Part shown: positions 1 to 7,368 of the stretch, piece after piece
How the letters are laid out: each line of letters opens with the position of its first letter
How positions within the stretch are numbered: the first letter of the stretch is position 1
From: Pseudomonadota bacterium
Lineage (GTDB): Bacteria; Pseudomonadota; Alphaproteobacteria; Caulobacterales; Parvularculaceae
Direction of reading: 5' to 3'
NCBI GenBank assembly: GCA_039819545.1
Contig: JBCBRS010000014.1
Span: 5,043-69,042 of the forward strand
Length of the DNA: 64,000 nucleotides
Translations under genes and position numbers: made by a program
Notes under the pieces: generated by a model
The model's input: only the letters and a program-made list of their open reading frames with translations
The model's database searches: none
Told to the model about the DNA's origin: nothing

Positions 1-1259
1 CCATCAGGCAGGCGGGCATCGAAAACAGCGCGAGCCTGCGGCTTATCGATTTTGTAGGTCTCCATGCACCACGGCCCAAAATCCTCAAATTCCTCTGCAT
101 CGAGAAGCGTCGTGATGATCGCGTCCTGATCGTCTCGCGAAAGGTCGAACCAGACCTGCCCCCACAATTCATCCCTCATCATCATTGCGGCGGTTAAATC
201 GCCCACAAGGTGTGCACGTTTCGGTGACTCCAGATTGAATCGCTGTGAGTCTGGAATATTCAATTGTTTACGAATTGCCCTGAAAGTTCGCTGGGCGGAC
301 TTCGACGATGGCTTGCGCAAAAAGTCGATCAGTTTCCTTTGCTCATCTTGCGTCAGGAACCGGCTTTTCTCCCCAATCGCACTGGTTTGCAGATTATTTA
401 CTTCCTGCAGTATACGGAAATAATGCGTTGTTGGCATTGCTTTCGCGGCGCGAGGTTCTCTTTCAAGAAATGTACATTTGCCAGCCTGTTGCGCTTTCAG
501 GGGGCGTTGATCCTCGATGACGTGGCGCACTGTGTCGCGCGCGGCGTCTGTCATCAAGTCTGGATGATAGGCGGCCTGCGCTGTCCAGATTTCGTCAAAC
601 TCATCGAGAATAAGAGCGCGCGAGGGATAATAGTCATAGGCCATCTTTGTACCCACCATTTGGGCACGCACGCGAGCCCCAGGAAGCGCTTTGCGTTGAC
701 CGGGGGGTGAGGCGTTGTTTTCTTCCAACACGGTCAGACGTTGCTTGCCGAACAGCTCACCCAGGGTGCGCGCGCCTGATGATGTCATCTTTTCGCGCGC
801 TTTTTTGATTGCGTCGAACATTGCGCCGTCTTCGGCCTTGTCCGTTTTGCGGTTTGATTTGAAGCCCCGACGTTCCTGCAGATGAAAAAGCGCGCGCCCC
901 ACGTCGAATGGATCAAGCCGTTCATCCAGCGCGCGCGCGCGCAATATCCACGGGTCAAGAGCTTGCAGTTGTTTTCGCTCTCGGTCATCCGCGGGAAACA
1001 GGCGGGTTTCTGTCAGGACACGGAGCATAGAGCGCCCGCGCATCAAGCGTCGATCCCGATTGCGTCGGGCCGAGCGCGGCCCTCGGCGTTGCGCCGCATT
1101 AGATGATTTATCTTTTGGATTGCGCGCATCTGAAAAAATACGGACACCAAGGTCAATCAATGGGCCTGTCGATAGCGCACCGTTACCTCCATCCCGCATT
1201 TGAACAGCAGCCCAACCTAATGAATTGGTGCCAAGGTCAATTCCCAATCGGTATTTCAT
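1..1259 (-). CDS. cas9: Cas9 endonuclease, N-terminal ~419 aa of a type II-C-like protein. The ORF continues past the left window edge, so it is absent from the supplied ORF track.
   Basis: Hand translation of the minus strand from ATG (1259-1257) gives MKYRLGIDLGTNSLGWAAVQM (RuvC-I motif with catalytic Asp). It continues with the Arg-rich bridge helix AAQRRGPRSARRNRDRRLMRGRSMLRVL, then FHLQERRGFKSNRK and GKCTFLEREPRAAKAMPTTHYFRILQEVNNLQ. Order and spacing match type II-C Cas9 N-termini as I remember them. There is no stop codon down to position 1. Confidence 0.85.
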   Translation of the reverse strand, partial: MKYRLGIDLGTNSLGWAAVQMRDGGNGALSTGPLIDLGVRIFSDARNPKDKSSNAAQRRGPRSARRNRDRRLMRGRSMLRVLTETRLFPADDRERKQLQALDPWILRARALDERLDPFDVGRALFHLQERRGFKSNRKTDKAEDGAMFDAIKKAREKMTSSGARTLGELFGKQRLTVLEENNASPPGQRKALPGARVRAQMVGTKMAYDYYPSRALILDEFDEIWTAQAAYHPDLMTDAARDTVRHVIEDQRPLKAQQAGKCTFLEREPRAAKAMPTTHYFRILQEVNNLQTSAIGEKSRFLTQDEQRKLIDFLRKPSSKSAQRTFRAIRKQLNIPDSQRFNLESPKRAHLVGDLTAAMMMRDELWGQVWFDLSRDDQDAIITTLLDAEEFEDFGPWCMETYKIDKPQARAVFDARLPD

Positions 1260-1385
1260 ATTTCCCCATCGATTTCAGTATCCCGTTGTGTTCTGAGAAA
1301 GTATGGGGTATTCCTTCAACACATTTCAAGCACTCTGGATAAGTCGGACTTTCCGTTAACAAGAACGAAAGTTCACGAAATGTAA

Positions 1386-1409
1386 GGGCGAGCCACGGCT
1401 CGCCCTTTT
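1386..1409 (+). terminator. Rho-independent terminator-like hairpin upstream of and antisense to cas9
   Basis: GGGCGAGC-CACG-GCTCGCCC (8-bp GC stem, 4-nt loop) followed by TTTT at 1406-1409. The T-run exists only on the plus strand. Confidence 0.5.
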
Positions 1410-1509
1410 CCGTTATCGCGGCAATCTATCAATCGGCGCAATCTCGACGCTTCGGCTAATCGTGCGAAGCTATATTTCCGTGGCGACAGCACAAAAGGTC
1501 TGAATAGGT

Positions 1510-2016
1510 TCACGCTATTTTGTGATTGCTTATTGGTAGCTTGCTGAGAATTATTTGAAAAATTTGCAATTCAAAATCTGTATAACGGATCGAAATCATT
1601 GGCGTCCCCGACAGGATTCGAACCTGTGGCCTCCAGATTAGGAATAAGACGCTCTGTTTTACACGGCTCTGGTTGTCATCGATCGGCGCCGTTCGCGTGT
1701 CGATTGTTCCGATCGGAGCCAGCCCCAAAACAATGGCCGCCGCCATGCCGGTGAGTAATTTCAAAATAGACTTGTAGTGATCGCCAGCTCGCGAGGATCC
1801 AGCGCGCCAAATATTGAGACGTAAAAGTGCAACCTGTTCGTCTTCGCCAGCCAGTTTTGCTATCGCAATCATTGTCTCGTCTTTTGGCATAGTCCGGCCG
1901 CTTCGAAGCTGGTTTATCGGGCCGCACGTTATGCCGAGGTTCCGGGCAAGCTCTCGATCCGACTTAAAATTGCGTGCTGATTTTGCTGCATCCATGTAAT
2001 CTTGAACGGACTTCAT
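1510..2016 (-). CDS. XRE/Cro-CI-type HTH repressor of the element with a C-terminal hydrophobic helix. The ORF end is an integration artefact, because reading runs through the att core into chromosomal DNA.
   Basis: The N-terminus SDRELARNLGITCGPINQLRSGRTMPKDETMIAIAKLAG fits the HTH_XRE pattern. A hydrophobic LLTGMAAAIVLGLAPIG segment follows. AAGAGG lies upstream of the ATG at 2016. The gene is divergent from the early operon. Confidence 0.7.
   Translation of the reverse strand: MKSVQDYMDAAKSARNFKSDRELARNLGITCGPINQLRSGRTMPKDETMIAIAKLAGEDEQVALLRLNIWRAGSSRAGDHYKSILKLLTGMAAAIVLGLAPIGTIDTRTAPIDDNQSRVKQSVLFLIWRPQVRILSGTPMISIRYTDFELQIFQIILSKLPISNHKIA
1600..1645 (-). other. Displaced 3' half of tRNA-Arg(CCT): the chromosomal arm of the att site, not a complete tRNA
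   Basis: The reverse complement reads ATTCCTAATCTGGAGGCCACAGGTTCGAATCCTGTCGGGGACGCCA. That is anticodon loop, variable region, T-arm ACAGG/CCTGT, acceptor 3' strand CGGGGAC, then G and CCA. No D-arm or 5' acceptor strand follows. Confidence 0.8.
1630..1645. repeat. att core copy 1 (CCTCCAGATTAGGAAT)
   Basis: 16-bp exact direct repeat of 15073-15088. Sequence identity stops on both sides of the core. Confidence 0.85.
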
Positions 2017-2121
2017 ATTAACCTCTTGTTAACCATTCGAGCCAGATGGTGCTTGAAACGCCTCGCAAATCACTTTGGTGGTTCACGAGGCGGATCGAAA
2101 ACCGGAGGCTCTTACGTGACG

Positions 2122-2391
2122 TTATCCAACCCAATATACCAAAAACGTACCCACCAGGCCCGCCAGCCCGATAAGGCCAGTGTGCGTGTTTGCCCATTGG
2201 CTGATCATCGGTATGCAGCGCGATTGCGTCGGCGCCGGGCGCCACGGGGCCACAAGTTTCGTTTCATGCGGCCGCCAGTCCTGCGGGCCTGCGGTCACGG
2301 GTTCGGTGGGAATAGTAATGACTTTGGGCGCGCCTGGCCTGTCGTCCGGGCACGCGTCGATGACGGCCCGCTTTACGCTTACATTGTGCAT
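2122..2391 (-). CDS. Possible small tail-anchored membrane protein upstream of the repressor (the start could be 2514 instead)
   Basis: The ORF has fairly GC-rich third positions and a C-terminal LIGLAGLVGTFLVYWVG helix. The long version would abut the plus-strand early gene start, so the internal ATG is preferred. No recognisable family. Confidence 0.25.
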   Translation of the reverse strand: MHNVSVKRAVIDACPDDRPGAPKVITIPTEPVTAGPQDWRPHETKLVAPWRPAPTQSRCIPMISQWANTHTGLIGLAGLVGTFLVYWVG

Positions 2392-2516
2392 AGGTTTTTG
2401 TGCATGTCCTTTGCCGGTGTTGGCGTCGCCGGTGGTGGGGTGCGACCCGCCACCGGCACTCAATTTCGAAACGATAGGCCGGACTCGGCAAAAAATGCAA
2501 GCCGGAGGGCTCATTG

Positions 2517-2894
2517 ATGACCCCCGTTGTCTTGCTCTTCGCGGCCGCCGTCCTGTTTCTGATCCTAATCGCGCGCCGCAATGCGCGCCTTAAATTCCGC
2601 TCGCTGCGCTTGACCAGTTCGCTCTCCGGCGTTCGTGATGTGCGGGCGGAACGCACCGGTGGCGATGTAAGAGCCGCCGCCGGTGCACCCTTTATCCCCC
2701 CCGCCGCTGGCGCTGATGGTCGGGCGGCCTATCCAGGCCCCCCGGCCGTCATGCTGGTGGAAGTTGAGTGCATATCGTGCGGCAAGCCGACCCGGTTTCC
2801 TCACACCTTCCCCGTTTCAGCTGCTGCGCAAATAGTCTGTCCCCATTGCGGCGCGCGCGGCTTTGAAGTTGTCGTCCGGGAAATGGCCGCATGA
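2517..2894 (+). CDS. Early protein with N-terminal TM helix and C-terminal CxxC...CxxC zinc ribbon
   Basis: GGAGGG lies 7 nt upstream of the ATG at 2517. Hydrophobic segment VVLLFAAAVLFLILIA, then ECISCGK...VCPHCG. Confidence 0.5.
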   Translation: MTPVVLLFAAAVLFLILIARRNARLKFRSLRLTSSLSGVRDVRAERTGGDVRAAAGAPFIPPAAGADGRAAYPGPPAVMLVEVECISCGKPTRFPHTFPVSAAAQIVCPHCGARGFEVVVREMAA

Positions 2895-3097
2895 CCATAT
2901 CGATCTTGATGCTGACCTTTCACGCCATTGTTGCTCTCGCGTTTTCATGGGTCATGCTGAACGCCATTTTTCGGAAACGATGGTGGGGCATGGTGCTGAT
3001 ATCGGCTTGGGCCGTGTGTGTCCTGTCCACGCTAAATTGGGTCGAGGTCGTTTTTGGCTTTGGAATGTTTCAGCAAGTGATCTGCGGTGCTTCATGA
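2891..3097 (+). CDS. Small early membrane protein (2 predicted TM helices)
   Basis: ATGA overlap with the preceding ORF. Hydrophobic segments ILMLTFHAIVALAFSWVML and MVLISAWAVCVLSTL. Confidence 0.45.
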   Translation: MTISILMLTFHAIVALAFSWVMLNAIFRKRWWGMVLISAWAVCVLSTLNWVEVVFGFGMFQQVICGAS

Positions 3098-3594
3098 TTG
3101 ATTTGTTTCAAGAATTGGCTACGTGCCGGTTTGGTCAGCCTGATGTTGTTGATATCTCAAGACCAGTAGGTGAGGCGCTTTGGTTTATCCAAGATCATCC
3201 GCATTCAGAAATATACGCTGAAGCAACCGGGCGGCCTGACAAAATCTATCGTGTGCTTTCACGCTATCGCCACAAATTGGACAATCGCTCTTATGGGCGT
3301 TGGGTTGAGGCGAACGGGTTGCTTGATCTGGCAAGAATGATTGCTGTCACTGAACAATCTGGGCCGGGTGGTGAGGGCGGATTGCGCCTAGAGGATGTGT
3401 CGGTTTTTGTGGTCGGCGTCTATGAGGCGCCGCGCCGCAAGCCAGTCGTTCTTTCGGAAGAGGAGGCGCTAGCGCAGTCGCAACAAGAGCGTGAGCGCTG
3501 GTGGAAAGAATACGGCGTAAGCGGATTAACGGACCAGCAAAAGCAAGAGCGCTTTGATACGTGGGCGGAAAGACAGGTGAGAAATGATGCCTAG
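3095..3594 (+). CDS. Hypothetical early protein (166 aa from the internal ATG of ORF 2863..3594)
   Basis: The ATG at 3095 overlaps the stop of the preceding ORF. No recognisable motif. Confidence 0.45.
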
Positions 3595-3802
3595 TTGCGA
3601 TAAATGCCAGTTTTTTACTGCGGCGCACTTTGATGAATTTACAGAAAAGTGCGTTGCTGGTTTTTGCCGCGCAAGGCCACCAATTTCCTCCGGCCACGGT
3701 GAGTTAATTAAGCTGGACAACGGACAATACGGCTTTGAGGGCGTGTTTCCGATTGTAATGTCAAATAATCACTGCGGCTACTTTAGAAAAAAGGTAATAT
3801 GA
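3584..3802 (+). CDS. Small Cys-rich early protein (72 aa)
   Basis: Overlaps its neighbours at both ends. Contains CDKC...C...C...HC; unknown family. Confidence 0.45.
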   Translation: MMPSCDKCQFFTAAHFDEFTEKCVAGFCRARPPISSGHGELIKLDNGQYGFEGVFPIVMSNNHCGYFRKKVI

Positions 3803-4026
3803 TGAACTTTGACAAAGCCACTGTAAGTCATGATGTGAATGGTATTGAGTTATTATACACAAAAGATGGAAGTGTTTTTGGTATTCAGGCTTTGGGGGCT
3901 GATGATCTTCGCCATGTGCTTTGTACCAAGCTTTGGGCGTCGGCACTCATTGAGATGGTCTGCGGCGCTGCCAATTACCTTCGCCAGTCCGGGCAACCTG
4001 GCATCATTACGTTGATGATCGATTGA
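3799..4026 (+). CDS. Small hypothetical early protein (75 aa)
   Basis: ATGATGA overlap with the upstream ORF. No motif recognised. Confidence 0.4.
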   Translation: MMNFDKATVSHDVNGIELLYTKDGSVFGIQALGADDLRHVLCTKLWASALIEMVCGAANYLRQSGQPGIITLMID

Positions 4027-4238
4027 CCGCCCGCGTTGGACATATAGACCCTGAAAAGCACCCGTGTTTTCAAACGCTGATCGCAATCCAGCTGCTGAAT
4101 AAGGCTGGTGTTGAATGTCTTTTTCAATCGCATTTAGTGCGCATTTCTCGGGATCTGGGGCTCATAGAGCGTTCCGATACGCTTCCGTGTGGCTGGAAAA
4201 TTACTGCCACCGGCATCGACGTTCTGACGTCGTATTAG
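4023..4238 (+). CDS. Small winged-helix-like DNA-binding protein (71 aa)
   Basis: LVRISRDLGLIERSDTLPCGWKITATGIDVL resembles the recognition helix plus wing of MarR/PadR-type wHTH proteins. TTG start overlaps the upstream stop. Confidence 0.45.
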   Translation: MTARVGHIDPEKHPCFQTLIAIQLLNKAGVECLFQSHLVRISRDLGLIERSDTLPCGWKITATGIDVLTSY

Positions 4239-4255
4239 AGGTTGGAGCCGGTCAC

Positions 4256-5623
4256 TTGATAGAAACGCAAATAGAGTTACCCCCCCTACCCGAAACGAAC
4301 CCGCAAACGTGGGAGAGGATATCATCCCGCGACACGTCTGATGCCGAGGCGCACCAGGCCCGTGATGCTCGCGTGAAGCGCCGCGACAGTCGCAATGATC
4401 GATATCGCCTTCGAAAGACCGCCGGGCGGCTCATGGGAGGGCGAGTGGCGCAATGCGGCTGTACCAGGCACCATTCGCACGTCGAAATCTGGCGCTCGAA
4501 AACGGGAGGCGGCAAAGCTGAATTTCGTGGGCTGACCACATGCGGCTCGATTTGGTCTTGTCCTGTCTGTGCGGGAAAAATAGCCGCAAAGCGCGCTGGG
4601 GAGGTCGCCAGCCTCGTGCGGGCCCACGAGAAGGCGGTCTACGCTGCTCATGAAAGCCGGGAGGCCTGTACCTTCATGGCGACCCTTACGCTGAAACATC
4701 ACGTCCGAATGGGAGCCAAGAACACGCGGGACACCGTGGCGGTTGCGTGGCGAAACATGCAAGCCGGGGCACCCTGGGTGCGGCTGAAAGGCCGGTATGG
4801 GATCATCGGCATGGTACGCGCCCTGGAAGTCACCCACGGGGGCAATGGCTGGCACCCGCACCTTCACGTCTTGATCATGACCGATCAACCGCTGACTGAT
4901 GGCGAGCGCGAAGCCATGGCGGATGAAATCTATGCCCGCTGGGAGACCAAAGTCGAAAAGCTTGGCCATAGCTGCACGCGTGACGGTTTTGATCTGCGCA
5001 CCTGCCGGGGCCGCACTGGTGCCGCCGAATACGTCGCGAAATGGGGAGCCGGTGCTGAAATTGCCAAAGGCGCGTCGAAGGAGGCAAAGTCGGGCTCCCG
5101 CTCCCCCTGGCAATTTCTGCGGGCCTATCAACGCGGCAACCGCAAGGCTGGTGCGCTGTTTGCCGAGTATGCGAAGGCTTTCAAAGGCGCGCGGCACCTG
5201 ACGTACACGTCTCAAATTCGCGAGCGCTACGGCCTGCGCGAGACGGCCGATGCTGACCTAGCCGCGCAGTCTGAAATCGAAGTCGGCGAGACCCCGGAGT
5301 TGTGCATCGCGCTGTCCCCTGGGGCGTGGTTCGAAGTGTGCGCCCGCGAGGGGCAGAACGGCATGACCCTGCAGGCCGAAATCCTCTACGCGGCTGAAAT
5401 CGGTGGAAAGGATGCGGTTCTTGCCATTCTGATCCGTGAAGGCATTGACCCCGATCTGCCCCGGTCCTGGAAACCGCCCGGCACCAAAGGGTGGCGACCC
5501 TACACCGTTCCGAAATCGCAGCGCGATGAAGCCCGCGAAGCCGGTTTCCGAAAAACCTATCCACAATTTTGGGAGCGGTTCACCGCCACCACCACCGATC
5601 ACGCGTCGACCCATTGGAAATGA
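4256..5623 (+). CDS. HUH rolling-circle replication initiator (pC194/pUB110-pIJ101-like motif set) with an N-terminal zinc finger. The ORF-track start at 4115 is an alternative.
   Basis: Zinc-finger CGSIWSCPVCAGK; motif 1 FMATLTLKH; motif 2 HPHLHVLI (HUH); motif 3 AEYVAKWG (catalytic Tyr plus Lys). The TTG at 4256 has GGAG 8 nt upstream and avoids a 124-nt overlap with the preceding gene. Confidence 0.8.
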   Translation: MIETQIELPPLPETNPQTWERISSRDTSDAEAHQARDARVKRRDSRNDRYRLRKTAGRLMGGRVAQCGCTRHHSHVEIWRSKTGGGKAEFRGLTTCGSIWSCPVCAGKIAAKRAGEVASLVRAHEKAVYAAHESREACTFMATLTLKHHVRMGAKNTRDTVAVAWRNMQAGAPWVRLKGRYGIIGMVRALEVTHGGNGWHPHLHVLIMTDQPLTDGEREAMADEIYARWETKVEKLGHSCTRDGFDLRTCRGRTGAAEYVAKWGAGAEIAKGASKEAKSGSRSPWQFLRAYQRGNRKAGALFAEYAKAFKGARHLTYTSQIRERYGLRETADADLAAQSEIEVGETPELCIALSPGAWFEVCAREGQNGMTLQAEILYAAEIGGKDAVLAILIREGIDPDLPRSWKPPGTKGWRPYTVPKSQRDEAREAGFRKTYPQFWERFTATTTDHASTHWK

Positions 5624-5624
5624 T

Positions 5625-6044
5625 ATGAAGCCCCCTAGCGGAACCCATCTTTTGTACACCGAATGCCCCGAATGCAGCGCGCGCGTGAGTGTGCGGCGTA
5701 CAAAGACAAACCGGCTCTTGTGGTCCTGCAATGGCGTTGCCGATCCCCACGGCCGCCGGTGCGGCGCGCTCCACACCTACGGAAACATCCTTACCGCTCA
5801 AATTATCAAAGAGGTCGAAAATGACGGACACGGACAAGATCAAGAACATGCTGCAACAAGGAGCGTCCCCGCAAGCCGTGACGGCAGCGCAAGTGGACAA
5901 GGTGAAGGCAAAAGTGACATCCACCCAGGAAGCGAACCAGCAACCACAACCGAGCCCGTCGCCACAGCCGCAACCCCAGCCGACACCCCAATCGACACCA
6001 AGCCCGGAAGTAAACCAAAACCCGGAATTCTCGAACCCTGGTGA
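5625..6044 (+). CDS. Small zinc-ribbon protein. The 3' part overlaps the next gene and may be a spurious extension.
   Basis: MKPPSGTHLLYTECPECSARVSVRRTKTNRLLWSCNG...RRCG. After about 5820 the other reading frame has the more GC-rich third positions. Confidence 0.4.
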   Translation: MKPPSGTHLLYTECPECSARVSVRRTKTNRLLWSCNGVADPHGRRCGALHTYGNILTAQIIKEVENDGHGQDQEHAATRSVPASRDGSASGQGEGKSDIHPGSEPATTTEPVATAATPADTPIDTKPGSKPKPGILEPW

Positions 6045-6507
6045 TGACGATTTGATAATTGGGCTGGACGGCTTTGCCCAAGAGCCTGGCGCCGATCCGC
6101 TGGATGCTGGCCCTAAGTTCGTTTCAACCGCTGAGTTTTACCAGTCGTTCTGCGGGCTCTTTCAAATGATGCATATGGGCATCGCTTCGCAGACTGGCAT
6201 CACGCTTGATGCGTTGGCGGTCGAAAACAACCCGGGCACGCGCGGCGCGTCTGATGCGCTGTATCGTATCTGCGAGCGTGTCCATTTTCTCCGGCCTATT
6301 ATTAGTGAGGAAACAGGCCTTGCTCGCGATGCGTTCACGGTGCTGATGTTTGGCGGCACTATTGCCTATGCGGCGTCGGCTGAATTCCAGGCAAAGCGGC
6401 CGTCATTGCCACCGGTGCTCAATGCTGAGACCGACGCCACGCCAAGCCCGCCACCTGGTCCCGATGCTTCACCGGCAGCACCGACAAGCCCGCAATTCAG
6501 CCTGTGA
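5821..6507 (+). CDS. Hypothetical protein with a Pro/Gln-rich linker (228 aa)
   Basis: AAAGAGG lies upstream of the ATG at 5821. Contains QQPQPSPSPQPQPQPTPQSTPSPE, followed by a globular C-terminal half. The stop overlaps the ATPase start. Confidence 0.55.
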   Translation: MTDTDKIKNMLQQGASPQAVTAAQVDKVKAKVTSTQEANQQPQPSPSPQPQPQPTPQSTPSPEVNQNPEFSNPGDDDLIIGLDGFAQEPGADPLDAGPKFVSTAEFYQSFCGLFQMMHMGIASQTGITLDALAVENNPGTRGASDALYRICERVHFLRPIISEETGLARDAFTVLMFGGTIAYAASAEFQAKRPSLPPVLNAETDATPSPPPGPDASPAAPTSPQFSL

Positions 6508-7172
6508 GTGCCGGCACTGCCATTGTCCGTTGTGTCTACGGTGTGCGCGGCGGCGGTAAGTCAACGCTCGCGCGCCACCTGGTCGCCAATGACGCGCGCG
6601 TTATCGCCTTTGATCCCCAGCGCGATTATCAGGGGGAGGCCTGGCGCGTTGCCACCACCCGGTCTGAAATCATCGCTGCGCTGAAATCGGAGGGCCTTTC
6701 CCGGTTTCGAATATCGTATTGCTTTGATACCGGAACCACTGATCCCGTTTCCGAAATGGTATGGCTTGCCGATGTCATCGCCCACCTCCAAAAAAAATAT
6801 AGATCGGACGGTATCGGTCTGTCCCTAGTCGTTGATGAGGCGCATGAGGCTTTTCCAAACCGCCCGCTCTCAAAAGACGAAGGCCCGCTCCGGCGTCTCG
6901 TGATGCAAGGCCGTCACCTGGGCGTGGGGCTCACTGTAGTGACACAACGGCCTGCCAACATCTCCACCATGATTAGATCGCAGGCAACCGAGGTTTACGC
7001 GCTGGCCTTGTCGCGGCGTGATGATCGCGTCGCCGCGGCGGATTTGCGCGAGGGCGCGGCCCCAGCTGTTGCATCTCTTTCCGGCTATGACTTTGTAAAA
7101 ATCACGCCGCAAGGGCATTCTGTGTGCCGATTGTCCCTGGAAACCGGGGAAATCCGCGCAATTACCCAATAA
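6504..7172 (+). CDS. FtsK/HerA-type P-loop ATPase, likely genome-packaging ATPase (222 aa)
   Basis: Walker A GVRGGGKST, Walker B LSLVVDEAHE, and VTQRPANIS (an FtsK-like motif). The small size and lack of a TM helix fit the PRD1/PM2 P9 class rather than the inovirus Zot class. Confidence 0.7.
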   Translation: MSAGTAIVRCVYGVRGGGKSTLARHLVANDARVIAFDPQRDYQGEAWRVATTRSEIIAALKSEGLSRFRISYCFDTGTTDPVSEMVWLADVIAHLQKKYRSDGIGLSLVVDEAHEAFPNRPLSKDEGPLRRLVMQGRHLGVGLTVVTQRPANISTMIRSQATEVYALALSRRDDRVAAADLREGAAPAVASLSGYDFVKITPQGHSVCRLSLETGEIRAITQ

Positions 7173-7242
7173 AATACCCTTACCAAATACCCCTACCCAG
7201 AATTTCTTGCGTTCTCGCGCGGCGTGCGCGCCATATCCCGCC

Positions 7243-7368
7243 ATGAACAACGCTTCAAAAATTGTCCAATTCCTCGCGATTGTCATCGCTGGGCATCTGG
7301 CCGTCGAGTTCATCGCCAAGCCGTTGGTGATGAGTATTCGCAATAATTCTGAGGACCAACCATCATGA
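7243..7368 (+). CDS. 41-aa single-TM protein (below the ORF-track size cutoff)
   Basis: MNNASKIVQFLAIVIAGHLAVEFIAKPLVMSIRNNSEDQPS. ATGA coupling to the next ORF. Confidence 0.45.
   Translation: MNNASKIVQFLAIVIAGHLAVEFIAKPLVMSIRNNSEDQPS

Noticed and set aside
235-1342. Plus-strand and off-frame ORFs from the track (235..423, 264..710, 308..520, 785..988, 882..1106, 1103..1342)
   Set aside because: All lie inside or antisense to the uninterrupted minus-strand cas9 frame. Their translations are Arg/Cys/Leu-rich nonsense without motifs.
1260-1599. CRISPR repeat-spacer array next to cas9
   Set aside because: There is no 28-37-bp direct repeat with regular spacing in this interval or anywhere else in the window. 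The array, if present, must lie left of position 1.
2002-2593. ORFs 2002..2517 (+), 2180..2593 (+), 2264..2656 (-) and 2018..2245 (-) in the repressor/early divergent region
   Set aside because: Their compositions are Arg/Pro/Gly-rich and typical of off-frame GC-rich DNA. They have no SD and overlap each other. Only 2122..2391 (-) was kept, at low confidence.
4322-5776. Long minus-strand ORFs 4322..5215 (297 aa), 5181..5564 and 5258..5776
   Set aside because: They are antisense shadows of the Rep gene, which carries clear HUH motifs. They are low-complexity and Arg/Gly/Pro-rich.
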